Positions 26,308-33,669 of a stretch of 33,669 nt of DNA are shown here, piece after piece; position 1 is the stretch's first letter; each line of letters begins with the position of its first letter. Origin of the DNA: Clostridia bacterium (lineage in GTDB: Bacteria > Bacillota > Sulfobacillia > SLMV01); assembly GCA_007136565.1 (NCBI GenBank), contig SLGS01000074.1, positions 1 through 33,669 on the forward strand. The letters are read 5' to 3'. The translations under genes and the position numbers were made by a program. Below the pieces are notes generated by a model. That model was not told the origin of the DNA and ran no database searches. It was given only the letters and a program-made list of their open reading frames with translations.

Positions 26308-27453
26308 ATGCGCCACCGATGCGTTGCCCTCATAGCGTTCCTGTCCATATTGTCCCTCGCGGGCTTCGTGGGTTGCGGTTTCGTCGAGGGCGATCCCGTC
26401 GCTCCTTCGCCGCCCGTTTCGCCCCGCACTCCGCCCCCGGAGATCAACCTGGTGGCAGTCCAAATGCGAGTCGACGAATCGATGTTCACCTCGGGGGACA
26501 CCTTCGAGGCGGGGCTGCGAAGCATGATGGATTTGGCAAGCGAGGAGACGGAGCTGGGGTCGGACACGCTGGTGGTCTTTCCCGAGGATATCGGCCTCCT
26601 CACAGTACTCTTCGGACAGGGAGATACCCTCTCCACCGCACGAGGGTTAGAGGACGGGATGGAGAAGGTGATCCGCTCGAACCTCGTGTCCGTCGGAAAG
26701 AACAAACTCTTTCACCGCGTTAGTTGGCCCCGGGCCCTCTTCTTGACCTTCGGTGAGGGCATGGCGGAAGCCTATTTTGAAACCTTTTCCACCCTGGCCC
26801 GCGAGTACGGAGTGTACATCGTCGGGGGATCGGTGGCGCTCAGCGATGCGAGCATGTCGCCCTATGTTCCCGACGGTATTCCCGGTGCCCCGGGGGAGAA
26901 GGAAAGGAGAAACTCGGCGGACGTCTACAACGCCGGTGCCGTCTTCGGTCCCGGGGGCGAGGTCCTGGGTGTAACCCGCAAGGCCAATCTCATCGAGTTG
27001 GAGGGTCCCGGCGGGTTGGACCTCGTCCCCGGTGATGTCGAGGCGGTGCAACCGATACCGACGTCCCTGGGATCCATCGGTTTGGCAATATGTCTCGATG
27101 GTTTCAGCCCCGGTGTGCTCGACGCTCTAGGGGAGGCCGATATCCTCGTCCAGCCCAGCGCGAACCCCGTCGAGTGGGAGCGCTGGCAACAGGAGGAATG
27201 GCTCGAGAGCAGTTGGACGGCGGTGGTCCAAGAGCGGCGCTTTCCCTATGCGGTAAATCCCATGCTCACCGGGAATATCCTGGATCTGTCCTTCTTCGGG
27301 CAAAGTTCCATCGTGGTCTCCGATGCTTCGCGGGAAGAATCCGTGCGGGGGTTCAAGGATCTCGATGATATGCCGGGCTTCGCGGCGGTGGCCTCCGATG
27401 ATTTCGAAGGGGAAGTGATTTCGGTAAGGGTTCCCCACCCCGATCATCGCTAG
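26308..27453 (+). CDS. Carbon-nitrogen hydrolase (nitrilase superfamily) with a lipoprotein signal peptide
   Basis: Signal peptide and lipobox: ALIAFLSILSLAGFVG-C-G. The Glu-Lys-Cys triad contexts are LVVFPEDIG, VTRKANLIE and GLAICLDG. Confidence 0.8.
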   Translation: MRHRCVALIAFLSILSLAGFVGCGFVEGDPVAPSPPVSPRTPPPEINLVAVQMRVDESMFTSGDTFEAGLRSMMDLASEETELGSDTLVVFPEDIGLLTVLFGQGDTLSTARGLEDGMEKVIRSNLVSVGKNKLFHRVSWPRALFLTFGEGMAEAYFETFSTLAREYGVYIVGGSVALSDASMSPYVPDGIPGAPGEKERRNSADVYNAGAVFGPGGEVLGVTRKANLIELEGPGGLDLVPGDVEAVQPIPTSLGSIGLAICLDGFSPGVLDALGEADILVQPSANPVEWERWQQEEWLESSWTAVVQERRFPYAVNPMLTGNILDLSFFGQSSIVVSDASREESVRGFKDLDDMPGFAAVASDDFEGEVISVRVPHPDHR

Positions 27454-27741
27454 GTGATCCCACTCGCCGCCCGCGCCTCCGGCGGTTGGAGCAACCGGCG
27501 GTTATCCGAAATACCGGGATGCCGCGCAGGATGAAGGATGGATGGCGTCGAATATTACCTATGTACAGGGGTTTTGCGTAGCGAAGCGGGTTTGGTTTCC
27601 GGGAAGGTATTCGTCACCCATCAGTAAGTTCCACATCCATTCGCCGCCCTCGGGCGCGTCTCGTCAACCTCAAGCGGATTTGTAGAAGGAACCATACACC
27701 AAGTCCCATGGTTATTTCCCCGGAGGGGAGGCGAATGGTCG

Positions 27742-28020
27742 ATGCTGTTTTTGGCGTTGATGTCGGTTCGGGATGGCACCGAAGATGAAAGGATCGGGCG
27801 TCGCGCGGCGTGGAAGGTCCCAGACGGGATGCGCATCCTCGGTGAATACTGGTTGATGACCCCTTCCCCGGAGTGCGTAGTCGTCTTCGAGGCCGAGGAT
27901 GTCGCGGGTATGCTGGAGTTCAGCGGGGCCTGGAACGATGTCTACCAGGTGGAGGTCTTCCCGGCGATGGATGCCGAGGAGGGATTGGAATTGGCCCAGA
28001 TGTTCGCCGGGAGCGGATGA
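27742..28020 (+). CDS. DUF3303 family small protein
   Basis: 92 aa, MLFLALMSVRDG...EYWLMT...VVVFEAEDVAGMLEFSGAWNDVYQVEVFPAM. This is the typical DUF3303 length and pattern. A ggaggggagg RBS is present. Confidence 0.65.
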   Translation: MLFLALMSVRDGTEDERIGRRAAWKVPDGMRILGEYWLMTPSPECVVVFEAEDVAGMLEFSGAWNDVYQVEVFPAMDAEEGLELAQMFAGSG

Positions 28021-28353
28021 GGCTTAATCGGGAAGCGACCGAGACGTGCCGGATGGGGGCGGTGAAGGTGCGCCGATACCCAGTTAGTGGTCGTTCACGA
28101 TATGCCCATGGGGCCAGAGGGGTTCGTCGAAATGGCTGAGACCGCGAAGACCGTGATTCCCGAGGGGTCGGAGTGGTTCGAGACCTAGTGCGCTTTCGAC
28201 GGGGGAAGGTCTTTCTGCCAGGGGCGGTCTCCGGGCGGTGAGGCCCCGGAGGAGGGATTTCCGCGGCGGAATGGGCCGTGGAGGGTGTATATCCGGCGAT
28301 GGTTTTCGATATCGAAGGCGGCAGGATCGAGGAGGACCAGGACGGTCGCACGC

Positions 28354-28383
28354 GGGGGCGGGAGGAAGGCCCGACCCGCCCCC
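28354..28383 (-). terminator. 9-bp GC hairpin immediately downstream of the AllA-like gene (minus strand)
   Basis: gggggcggg (28354-28362) pairs with cccgccccc (28375-28383). Confidence 0.4.
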
Positions 28384-28389
28384 CGTACT

Positions 28390-28899
28390 TCAGGTCCGGA
28401 TCTCGATGGGGAACTCCAGGTCCACTACCTCCAGGTCGTCCACCACCGTATTCCTCCTCACCACCATCACGAAATCGGCGCTCGGTGCCAGGGGGAATAT
28501 GCTCCAGTGCCAGGTTCCCGGCAACAGGCTCACCCCGGCGGTACCATCCAGCAGGAAAGCCCGGACGCGTGCGGGGTCCGGCCCCGACCCCGCCAGGGGA
28601 GCATCCGCGGGCGCCAGGGCGAAGATGCACGGTTCATCCGTGAGGGGGATGAAACTCTGGCTCGCCCTGCGATGGCGTTCCATCTTCTCCAGGATCGGTT
28701 CGCGTTGCATTACCCTCAGGTAGGCCAAGTCCACGGGGTCCCCGGAGAACTCGAGGCGCGCCATGCGGTCCCAATAATGGTATATCCCGAGATCCATGTC
28801 GGGAGCTTCGTCCCCGGGATGAAGCACGTCCCCGAAGGGCCTGAAGGCCTCCCGGGTCAGGGGTTCGGGTCTGACTATCGGTTTGTCCACTTCTCTCAC
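28390..28899 (-). CDS. Ureidoglycolate lyase (AllA) family protein
   Basis: Motifs PLTREAFRPFGDV, ERHRRASQSFIPL and LLPGTWHW. The start is GTG 28899, or GTG 28890, which has better spacing from GGGAGG. Confidence 0.78.
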   Translation of the reverse strand: MREVDKPIVRPEPLTREAFRPFGDVLHPGDEAPDMDLGIYHYWDRMARLEFSGDPVDLAYLRVMQREPILEKMERHRRASQSFIPLTDEPCIFALAPADAPLAGSGPDPARVRAFLLDGTAGVSLLPGTWHWSIFPLAPSADFVMVVRRNTVVDDLEVVDLEFPIEIRT

Positions 28900-29136
28900 C
28901 TCCCGCCATCACCTACGTAATCCTAGATCCGGGCGCGATTTCCTGCCGGGGATTCGTCGCGCGCGGTTGTCTAGCGGATAGATTCCGCTCGAATCCGAAA
29001 GGGTCGAGGGTGGATTCGGTCGAAGGTAGAATCCAGGTGCGGGGTGATATCCCATGGAGGTAGCCGGCGATTCGCCGGTAGAAATAGGATCGGCTCCGCC
29101 GTAAACCCCGGAGCCCGCGGAGGGGAAGGTGTCGAG

Positions 29137-30510
29137 ATGGGGATCTTGTTCGAAAACGCCACCGTTATCACGATGTCGAAGGACGGGGACATAATCCGCG
29201 GGGGAAGCCTTTACGTCGAAGGGGAGACCATCGTCGATGTCGGAGGTGCCCCGAGGATGAGGATGGAGTACGGCCGAAAGGCGGCGAGGATCGTGGATGC
29301 GCGCCGCAAGACGATCCTCCCGGGGTTCGTCAACGCCCACTGCCATTCGACGCAATTGGCCTGCAGGGGAAGGGCGGAGGACGTCAGCAACTGGGATGCC
29401 GTTTGGGGGATAATGGGAAGCATCGCCGACGCCATGACTCCCGAGGATGCCTACGCCGCATCTATGCTCGCCCACGTTGAGATGCTGAAGTCGGGTATCA
29501 CCACCGTGGTCGACAGTGGTCGCCATATGCCCAGGGCCGGGGAGGCCGCGGTGGATAGTGGCATAAGAGCCTTCCTGCACGTGGCCTTCCGCGATGCGGA
29601 CCCCGGCAAGGTTAGGGACGGCGGTATTTACGAGTACGTCCCTTCCATCGGGGAGCGGGGCCTGGGAGAGGCCGTCGCCCTGGTCGAGAAGTTCAAGGGG
29701 GCGGCCGATGGCCGCATCGATTGTCTCATGGGGCCCCACGCTACGGACGTCTGTTCCCCCGATCTGTTGGCCGCGGCCCGACGCGAGGCGGACAGGTTGG
29801 AGGTCGGGGTTACCATCCACCTGGCCCAAAACGAGGTGGAGCCCCGACAATGCCGGGCGGCCTGGGGGGCCTCCCCGGGACCCATGATGGAGCGCGCCGG
29901 TTTCCTGGGGCCGGATTTTTTGGGAGCCCATGCCATCTTCGTGGAGGAAGAGGATATCGCGGCGCTGGCCCGCAACGGGTGTTCGGTGTCTCACAATCCC
30001 CAGATCAACGCCAAGAGGGCTCACATCGCCCCCGCCGCCGACATGATGGAGGCCGGGGTCAACGTCGCCCTGGGCACGGATAACATGTTCTACGACATGA
30101 TGGAGGTCATCAAGACGGCGGGGATGGTCTGGCGCTTGAGGGCTGGCGACCCCACTCAACCCGAACCCATGCGTATCCTGGAGATGGCCACGATCAACGG
30201 TGCCAGGGCCCTGGGTATCGAGGATCGAGTAGGTACCCTCGAGCCGGGTAAGGTGGCCGATTTGATAATGATAGACTGCGATCGGCCTCGCTACATCCCC
30301 TCGGTCGAGGAAAATACCATCACCAACCTGGTCCATTTCGGTTCATCGAGCGACGTGCAGCTCACCATGGTGGGAGGTCGCGTCCTGGTGGACGATTTCC
30401 GCTACGTCGGGGGGAGCGAAGGGGACATAATGGATCGAGCCCAGCGCTCCGGTGAAGAGGTTTGGCAGCGGGCCAGGGGAGAGTGGTCGAGGAAACCCGG
30501 CGGTCGCTAG
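29137..30510 (+). CDS. Amidohydrolase of the chlorohydrolase/aminohydrolase group (TrzA / MTA-SAH deaminase / SsnA-like)
   Basis: ATG 29137 follows gaggggaagg. Motifs are ILPGFVNAHCH (HxH), IHLAQN, GAHAIF and ALGTDN. The track ORF from 29044 has an unsupported N-terminal extension. Confidence 0.85.
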   Translation: MGILFENATVITMSKDGDIIRGGSLYVEGETIVDVGGAPRMRMEYGRKAARIVDARRKTILPGFVNAHCHSTQLACRGRAEDVSNWDAVWGIMGSIADAMTPEDAYAASMLAHVEMLKSGITTVVDSGRHMPRAGEAAVDSGIRAFLHVAFRDADPGKVRDGGIYEYVPSIGERGLGEAVALVEKFKGAADGRIDCLMGPHATDVCSPDLLAAARREADRLEVGVTIHLAQNEVEPRQCRAAWGASPGPMMERAGFLGPDFLGAHAIFVEEEDIAALARNGCSVSHNPQINAKRAHIAPAADMMEAGVNVALGTDNMFYDMMEVIKTAGMVWRLRAGDPTQPEPMRILEMATINGARALGIEDRVGTLEPGKVADLIMIDCDRPRYIPSVEENTITNLVHFGSSSDVQLTMVGGRVLVDDFRYVGGSEGDIMDRAQRSGEEVWQRARGEWSRKPGGR

Positions 30511-30666
30511 TTTACTCCACCGTCCGACGGGACGGCTTCCCGGAGGATCGCGACGGGTGCACCCGGGAGCCTACCCCGACGTCTTCCCCTCGACGCGCCG
30601 CCGATCCCGTTTGAGATGCGGCGGGATCCGACGCGTCGGGGGGAGGAAGTAACGGTGGATGTCGGG

Positions 30667-31077
30667 TCAGCGAAGGAACTTCTGTATCTCTACCTTGTAG
30701 CCGTCGGGATCCCTGAGGAAGAAGTGATAGATTCCAAACCGGGGGTTCTCCCGCGGCGCGGACTCCACCTCGACCCCGGGTTGCCCCGACATCCTATCGT
30801 GGATACCGTCGACATCGTCCGTCAGGAGCGTGATGATGATTCCTTCCGTCGAGGCTTTCGGGAAATGGTCGCAGAAACCCAGCAGGCTGCCGGGCCTCAC
30901 CCGGTAGATGCGGCATGCCCCCTGGTCCTTGTAGAGGGGAAGGCCTATCATGTCGTGGTAGAATTCGTGGGTCGCGTCGAGGTTTGACGAGTGGTAAAAG
31001 GCCACCAGGCCGTCGAAAGACACGCTATCACTCCCCGCCGTTGTTGGAATTATCTTCCGCAGATTTTCACTTAGCAT
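30667..31077 (-). CDS. VOC (glyoxalase/bleomycin resistance/dioxygenase) family protein
   Basis: 136 aa, with FYHDMIGLPL...GIYHFFLRDPDGYKVEIQ, a typical VOC beta-alpha-beta-beta-beta module ending. Confidence 0.75.
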   Translation of the reverse strand: MLSENLRKIIPTTAGSDSVSFDGLVAFYHSSNLDATHEFYHDMIGLPLYKDQGACRIYRVRPGSLLGFCDHFPKASTEGIIITLLTDDVDGIHDRMSGQPGVEVESAPRENPRFGIYHFFLRDPDGYKVEIQKFLR

Positions 31078-31212
31078 CTACTTCATCGCCCGGGGTGATA
31101 CATCCTTCACCGATGGGTGGAGTTCTCGCCGATGGCCTTCGTGGAGCCGATGCGGAGTTTCCGTGGGGCGGTGCGGGGATGGATCGGAATCCAGGGGAGT
31201 GGATCCATACTC

Positions 31213-31530
31213 CTATCTCATAATCGCGGACATGAGGCCGAACATGTGGTAGACGGTGACCCAGGTGTAAGCCGCCAAGACGAATACCAGGAGCCCCCGG
31301 GAGATCCATTGCATCCCGTGTCTTACCATCCAGATCCGATAGAGCCCGGCGGGCACTACTATCAATTTCACCACGGCGAACCAGGGGGTACCGATGAGTG
31401 CGTCCATGTAGGGGTTGCCCTCCGGGATGCCCAGGGATAGCGCGCGCAGGGTCAGGAAGTAATCGGCGAAATTGAAGATGCCGATGCCGATCAGCGCTAC
31501 CTTTATCCATCGGTCTCGCGGTTTGTCCAT
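31213..31530 (-). CDS. Small integral membrane protein (DUF5658-like)
   Basis: 105 aa with 3-4 predicted TM helices. The motif NFADYFLTLRALSLGIPEGNPYM resembles DUF5658. Confidence 0.6.
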   Translation of the reverse strand: MDKPRDRWIKVALIGIGIFNFADYFLTLRALSLGIPEGNPYMDALIGTPWFAVVKLIVVPAGLYRIWMVRHGMQWISRGLLVFVLAAYTWVTVYHMFGLMSAIMR

Positions 31531-31640
31531 CGCTGGCCTCCCGGTTCAGTCATACCCCGGGGGACGGATTTCATTCTGGGCCCACGGAAATGATCCGACG
31601 ATGGCGGAGGCCATCCGCGGGGTTAAGTCCACTATTCCCT

Positions 31641-31669
31641 TTGACAACCCGATGGTATTCCTGAAAAAT
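31641..31669 (+). promoter_or_regulatory. Candidate sigma70-type promoter of the marR-MATE operon
   Basis: TTGACA (31641-31646), a 17-nt spacer, then AAAAAT (31664-31669). The perfect palindrome GAACGTTC at 31676-31683 lies just downstream and is a candidate MarR operator. Confidence 0.4.
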
Positions 31670-31706
31670 ATTCGTGAACGTTCCATTATGGTCCCGGGAG
31701 GCGGAT

Positions 31707-32177
31707 ATGAGTGACGAAGTGAAGGATGCCCTTATACATCGACTCGATTACCTGGTTTCCGGCGTGGGCAGACATTTCACCAACGCCCGCCGGGCTTTTC
31801 GCGATTTCGACGTGACCGGCCCCGAGTATTTTCTCATCAGGCTCCTATCGGTCGAGGGCACCAAGAGTGTCTCGGAGATCGCAAGCCACCTCAGCCTGAC
31901 ACAGGCGACCGCCTCAAACGTAATCAATGCCGCCCAAAGCAAAGGGCTGGTCGCGAAGGTGAAGGATCCCGACGACCGGCGAGTAACCCTGATCAGCCTC
32001 ACCGAGGAAGGAGAGATCTTGCTCGAGCGGGTCAAGAGGGAACGCCTGAAGCGCACGGGGAAGATATTGCGACGTCTATCCGAGTCCGAGCTCGAAGATC
32101 TGGTTCGCATCTTTTCCAAGTTGAAAGAGTCCCTGGTGGATGGTGAATCGCCGCCGGATCGAAATGAAGCCCAATAG
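31707..32177 (+). CDS. MarR family transcriptional regulator
   Basis: gggaggcgg RBS. The winged-HTH pattern is SVSEIASHLSLTQATASNVINAAQSKGLVAKVKDPDDRRVTLISLTEEG. Confidence 0.88.
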   Translation: MSDEVKDALIHRLDYLVSGVGRHFTNARRAFRDFDVTGPEYFLIRLLSVEGTKSVSEIASHLSLTQATASNVINAAQSKGLVAKVKDPDDRRVTLISLTEEGEILLERVKRERLKRTGKILRRLSESELEDLVRIFSKLKESLVDGESPPDRNEAQ

Positions 32178-32232
32178 CGAGGATGGGATCCCAGGAGATC
32201 CCCCTTCGAATCGAACGGGAGCGTTATAGTAG

Positions 32233-33606
32233 ATGGCACAGCAAACTCGCGGCAGGAAGGTCGAGGGACTGACAGACGGTCCCATCCTCCCGGCACTTCT
32301 CACATTGTCATGGCCCATCATCCTGAGCAACTTGCTTCAGACGGCGTACAACCTGGCCGATACTTTCTGGCTCGGTCGACTGGGGGACTGGGCGGTGGCG
32401 GCGATCTCGGTCAGCTTCCCCATAGTCTTCCTCTTCATCTCCTTGGGCCTTGGTCTCACCATCGCCGGAACGGCCCTGGTGGCACAGCATATCGGCGCCG
32501 GGCAACACAGGCGCGCCAACTACCTTTCCTCGCAAACCCTGGGGTTCGTCGGCGCGATGGCCGTGGTTCTCAGTTTCCTAGGCTACTTTCTCTCGGGACC
32601 CATCCTCGGGCTCATGGGACCCGAGCCCGAGGTGATCGTGGCCGCTGAAGCCTACCTCCGCACCTGGTTCCTCGGCATCCCCTTCATATTCGGTTTTTCC
32701 GTATTCCAAGCCTTGATCAAGGGATACGGCGACACCATCAACCCCATGAAACTCATGGTGGCTGCGGTGCTACTAAACATTGTGCTGGATCCTCTGTTGA
32801 TCTTCGGGTGGGGACCCTTCCCGGCCCTGGGAGTCCAGGGTGCCGCCGTGGCGACGGTGTTTTCCCGGGGTTTGGCGGCCGTGGTGGGATTGCATCTACT
32901 TTTCAAGGGGACCCTGGGAATCAAGGTAAGCCTGCGCCACATGAAACCGGACTGGCCCACCATCGCGACGATATTGAAGATAGGAGTGCCGGCGGCGGCC
33001 GAGCATTCGATGAAAGCCGTCGGAATCAGCGCCATGACGGCCACCGTGGCCTTGTTCGGCACCCCGACGCTGGCGGCCTTCGGGGTGGGCAATCGCATAG
33101 GTTCGGTGGTATTCCTGCCCAGCCTGGGGCTGGGTCAGGCTACCACCACCATGGTGGGTCAAAACCTCGGTGCCCGTAGGGATGACAGGGCCGAGAGTGC
33201 GACGAAGCTCGGCTCGGGTATCGCCTTCGGGATCCTAACCCTTTTCGGGCTTTTCACCTATACTTACTCCAATTTCGTCGCAGGCATATTCCTCCCCGGC
33301 GAAGAGCTGGCCATGGGGCTCGCCAGCGACTACCTCAGGGTAGCCGCCTTCTCGTATGGATTCCTCGGGGTTCTCAACGTGGCCAATGGAGCCTTTCGCG
33401 GGGCCGGGCGCACGGTCACAGCCATGACCTTCGCGCTGCTTTCGATGCTCGGCATCCGGGTTCCCCTGGCCTACATCCTGTCCACCCTTACACCGATGGG
33501 TGTGGACGGTCTCTGGTGGGCGGTTAATGCTAGCAACGTCCTAGGAGGGGGATTGGCGTTCCTTTGGTTCACCAGGGGTACCTGGAAGGGGCGCATAATC
33601 GATTGA
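32233..33606 (+). CDS. MATE family multidrug/toxic compound efflux transporter
   Basis: 457 aa with about 12 TM helices. The N-terminus is ILPALLTLSWPIILSNLLQTAYNLADTFWLGRLG. Also present are GYGDTINPM and NGAFRGAGRT. Confidence 0.92.
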   Translation: MAQQTRGRKVEGLTDGPILPALLTLSWPIILSNLLQTAYNLADTFWLGRLGDWAVAAISVSFPIVFLFISLGLGLTIAGTALVAQHIGAGQHRRANYLSSQTLGFVGAMAVVLSFLGYFLSGPILGLMGPEPEVIVAAEAYLRTWFLGIPFIFGFSVFQALIKGYGDTINPMKLMVAAVLLNIVLDPLLIFGWGPFPALGVQGAAVATVFSRGLAAVVGLHLLFKGTLGIKVSLRHMKPDWPTIATILKIGVPAAAEHSMKAVGISAMTATVALFGTPTLAAFGVGNRIGSVVFLPSLGLGQATTTMVGQNLGARRDDRAESATKLGSGIAFGILTLFGLFTYTYSNFVAGIFLPGEELAMGLASDYLRVAAFSYGFLGVLNVANGAFRGAGRTVTAMTFALLSMLGIRVPLAYILSTLTPMGVDGLWWAVNASNVLGGGLAFLWFTRGTWKGRIID

Positions 33607-33630
33607 CCTTCGTTGGTCGCGACGTGGTTT

Positions 33631-33655
33631 CGGGGGTCCGGTCACCGGACCCCCG
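33631..33655 (+). terminator. Intrinsic terminator-like hairpin after the MATE gene
   Basis: cgggggtccgg tca ccggacccccg is a perfect 11-bp stem. It is followed by agcgtttgcg. Confidence 0.6.
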
Positions 33656-33669
33656 AGCGTTTGCGTGGC

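Noticed and set aside
28165-28182. GGTTCGAGACC, a tRNA T-loop-like sequence.
   Set aside because: The flanking bases do not form a T-stem (mismatch at the third pair). No acceptor or anticodon arms can be drawn.
28018-28188. The small ORF at 28087-28188 is in the same frame as DUF3303, which might suggest TGA read-through or a second selenoprotein.
   Set aside because: Two TGA codons intervene, and the translation between them (GLIGKRPRRAGWGR) looks non-coding. Sharing a frame has a one-in-three chance.
29092-29115. Hairpin loop containing CCGTAAA, reminiscent of loop L3 of purine riboswitches. The location upstream of a deaminase-like gene is suggestive.
   Set aside because: The other conserved purine-riboswitch elements are absent: the L2 GAUAUGG-type loop, J2/3 GUUUCUAC, and a P1 enclosing a three-way junction.
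28971-29115. Superficial resemblance to the guanidine-I (ykkC) motif: CTAGCGG...TTCCG, GGGTCGAGGG and AAACCCCGGAG versus CUAGGGUUCCG, GGUCCGAGAG and AAAGCCCGGGAGA.
   Set aside because: The matches are short and imperfect. The ACACGG and GGGA elements and the expected stem arrangement are not visible. I would only trust this after a covariance-model search (RF00442).
1-33669. Search for CRISPR arrays, IS elements or terminal inverted repeats, integrases, toxin-antitoxin pairs and defence-system genes.
   Set aside because: No regularly spaced direct repeats, no transposase-, integrase- or nuclease-like translations, and no small paired ORFs were seen. The only repeats are short hairpins and the 13-nt duplicate at 21633/21716.

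Overview
This is a high-GC, densely coding bacterial chromosomal segment, mostly on the + strand. I found no rRNA, tRNA, CRISPR array, transposase or phage genes. In order, the window contains:
- A 5'-truncated SDR gene and an amidohydrolase.
- A near-consensus SAM-I riboswitch with promoter and terminator. It drives a split methionine synthase operon: stand-alone activation domain, metH core and metF.
- pheA.
- An Asp-box (BNR) lipoprotein.
- A DUF305-TM-SHOCT fusion on the - strand.
- A heavily decayed MATE transporter pseudogene, which explains about 1 kb of the ~1.5 kb ORF-free gap at 9968-11467.
- Two lipoprotein genes that share a repeated module. The first is broken by a frameshift. The second is fused to an NPP/alkaline-phosphatase-type phosphodiesterase.
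- chrA.
- A peroxiredoxin whose peroxidatic Cys codon is an in-frame TGA, so it is a likely selenoprotein that ORF callers split in two.
- A four-gene osmoprotectant-type ABC transporter.
- An epimerase.
- An FtsX/MacB-type permease with no intact partner ATPase.
- A PLP-dependent dehydratase.
- A loose cluster of C-N bond enzymes: GNAT, an exported nitrilase-superfamily lipoprotein, DUF3303, an AllA-like lyase and a chlorohydrolase-type amidohydrolase.
- VOC and DUF5658 genes.
- An intact MarR-MATE pair.

The strongest hidden signals are the UGA-Sec peroxiredoxin, the MATE pseudogene, the frameshifted repeat lipoprotein, a leader with mutually exclusive pairings upstream of the second amidohydrolase, and a possible ATPase relic upstream of the orphan permease. 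I did not recognise a clear multi-gene novel system such as a defence system. All calls come from by-eye motif recognition without database searches.
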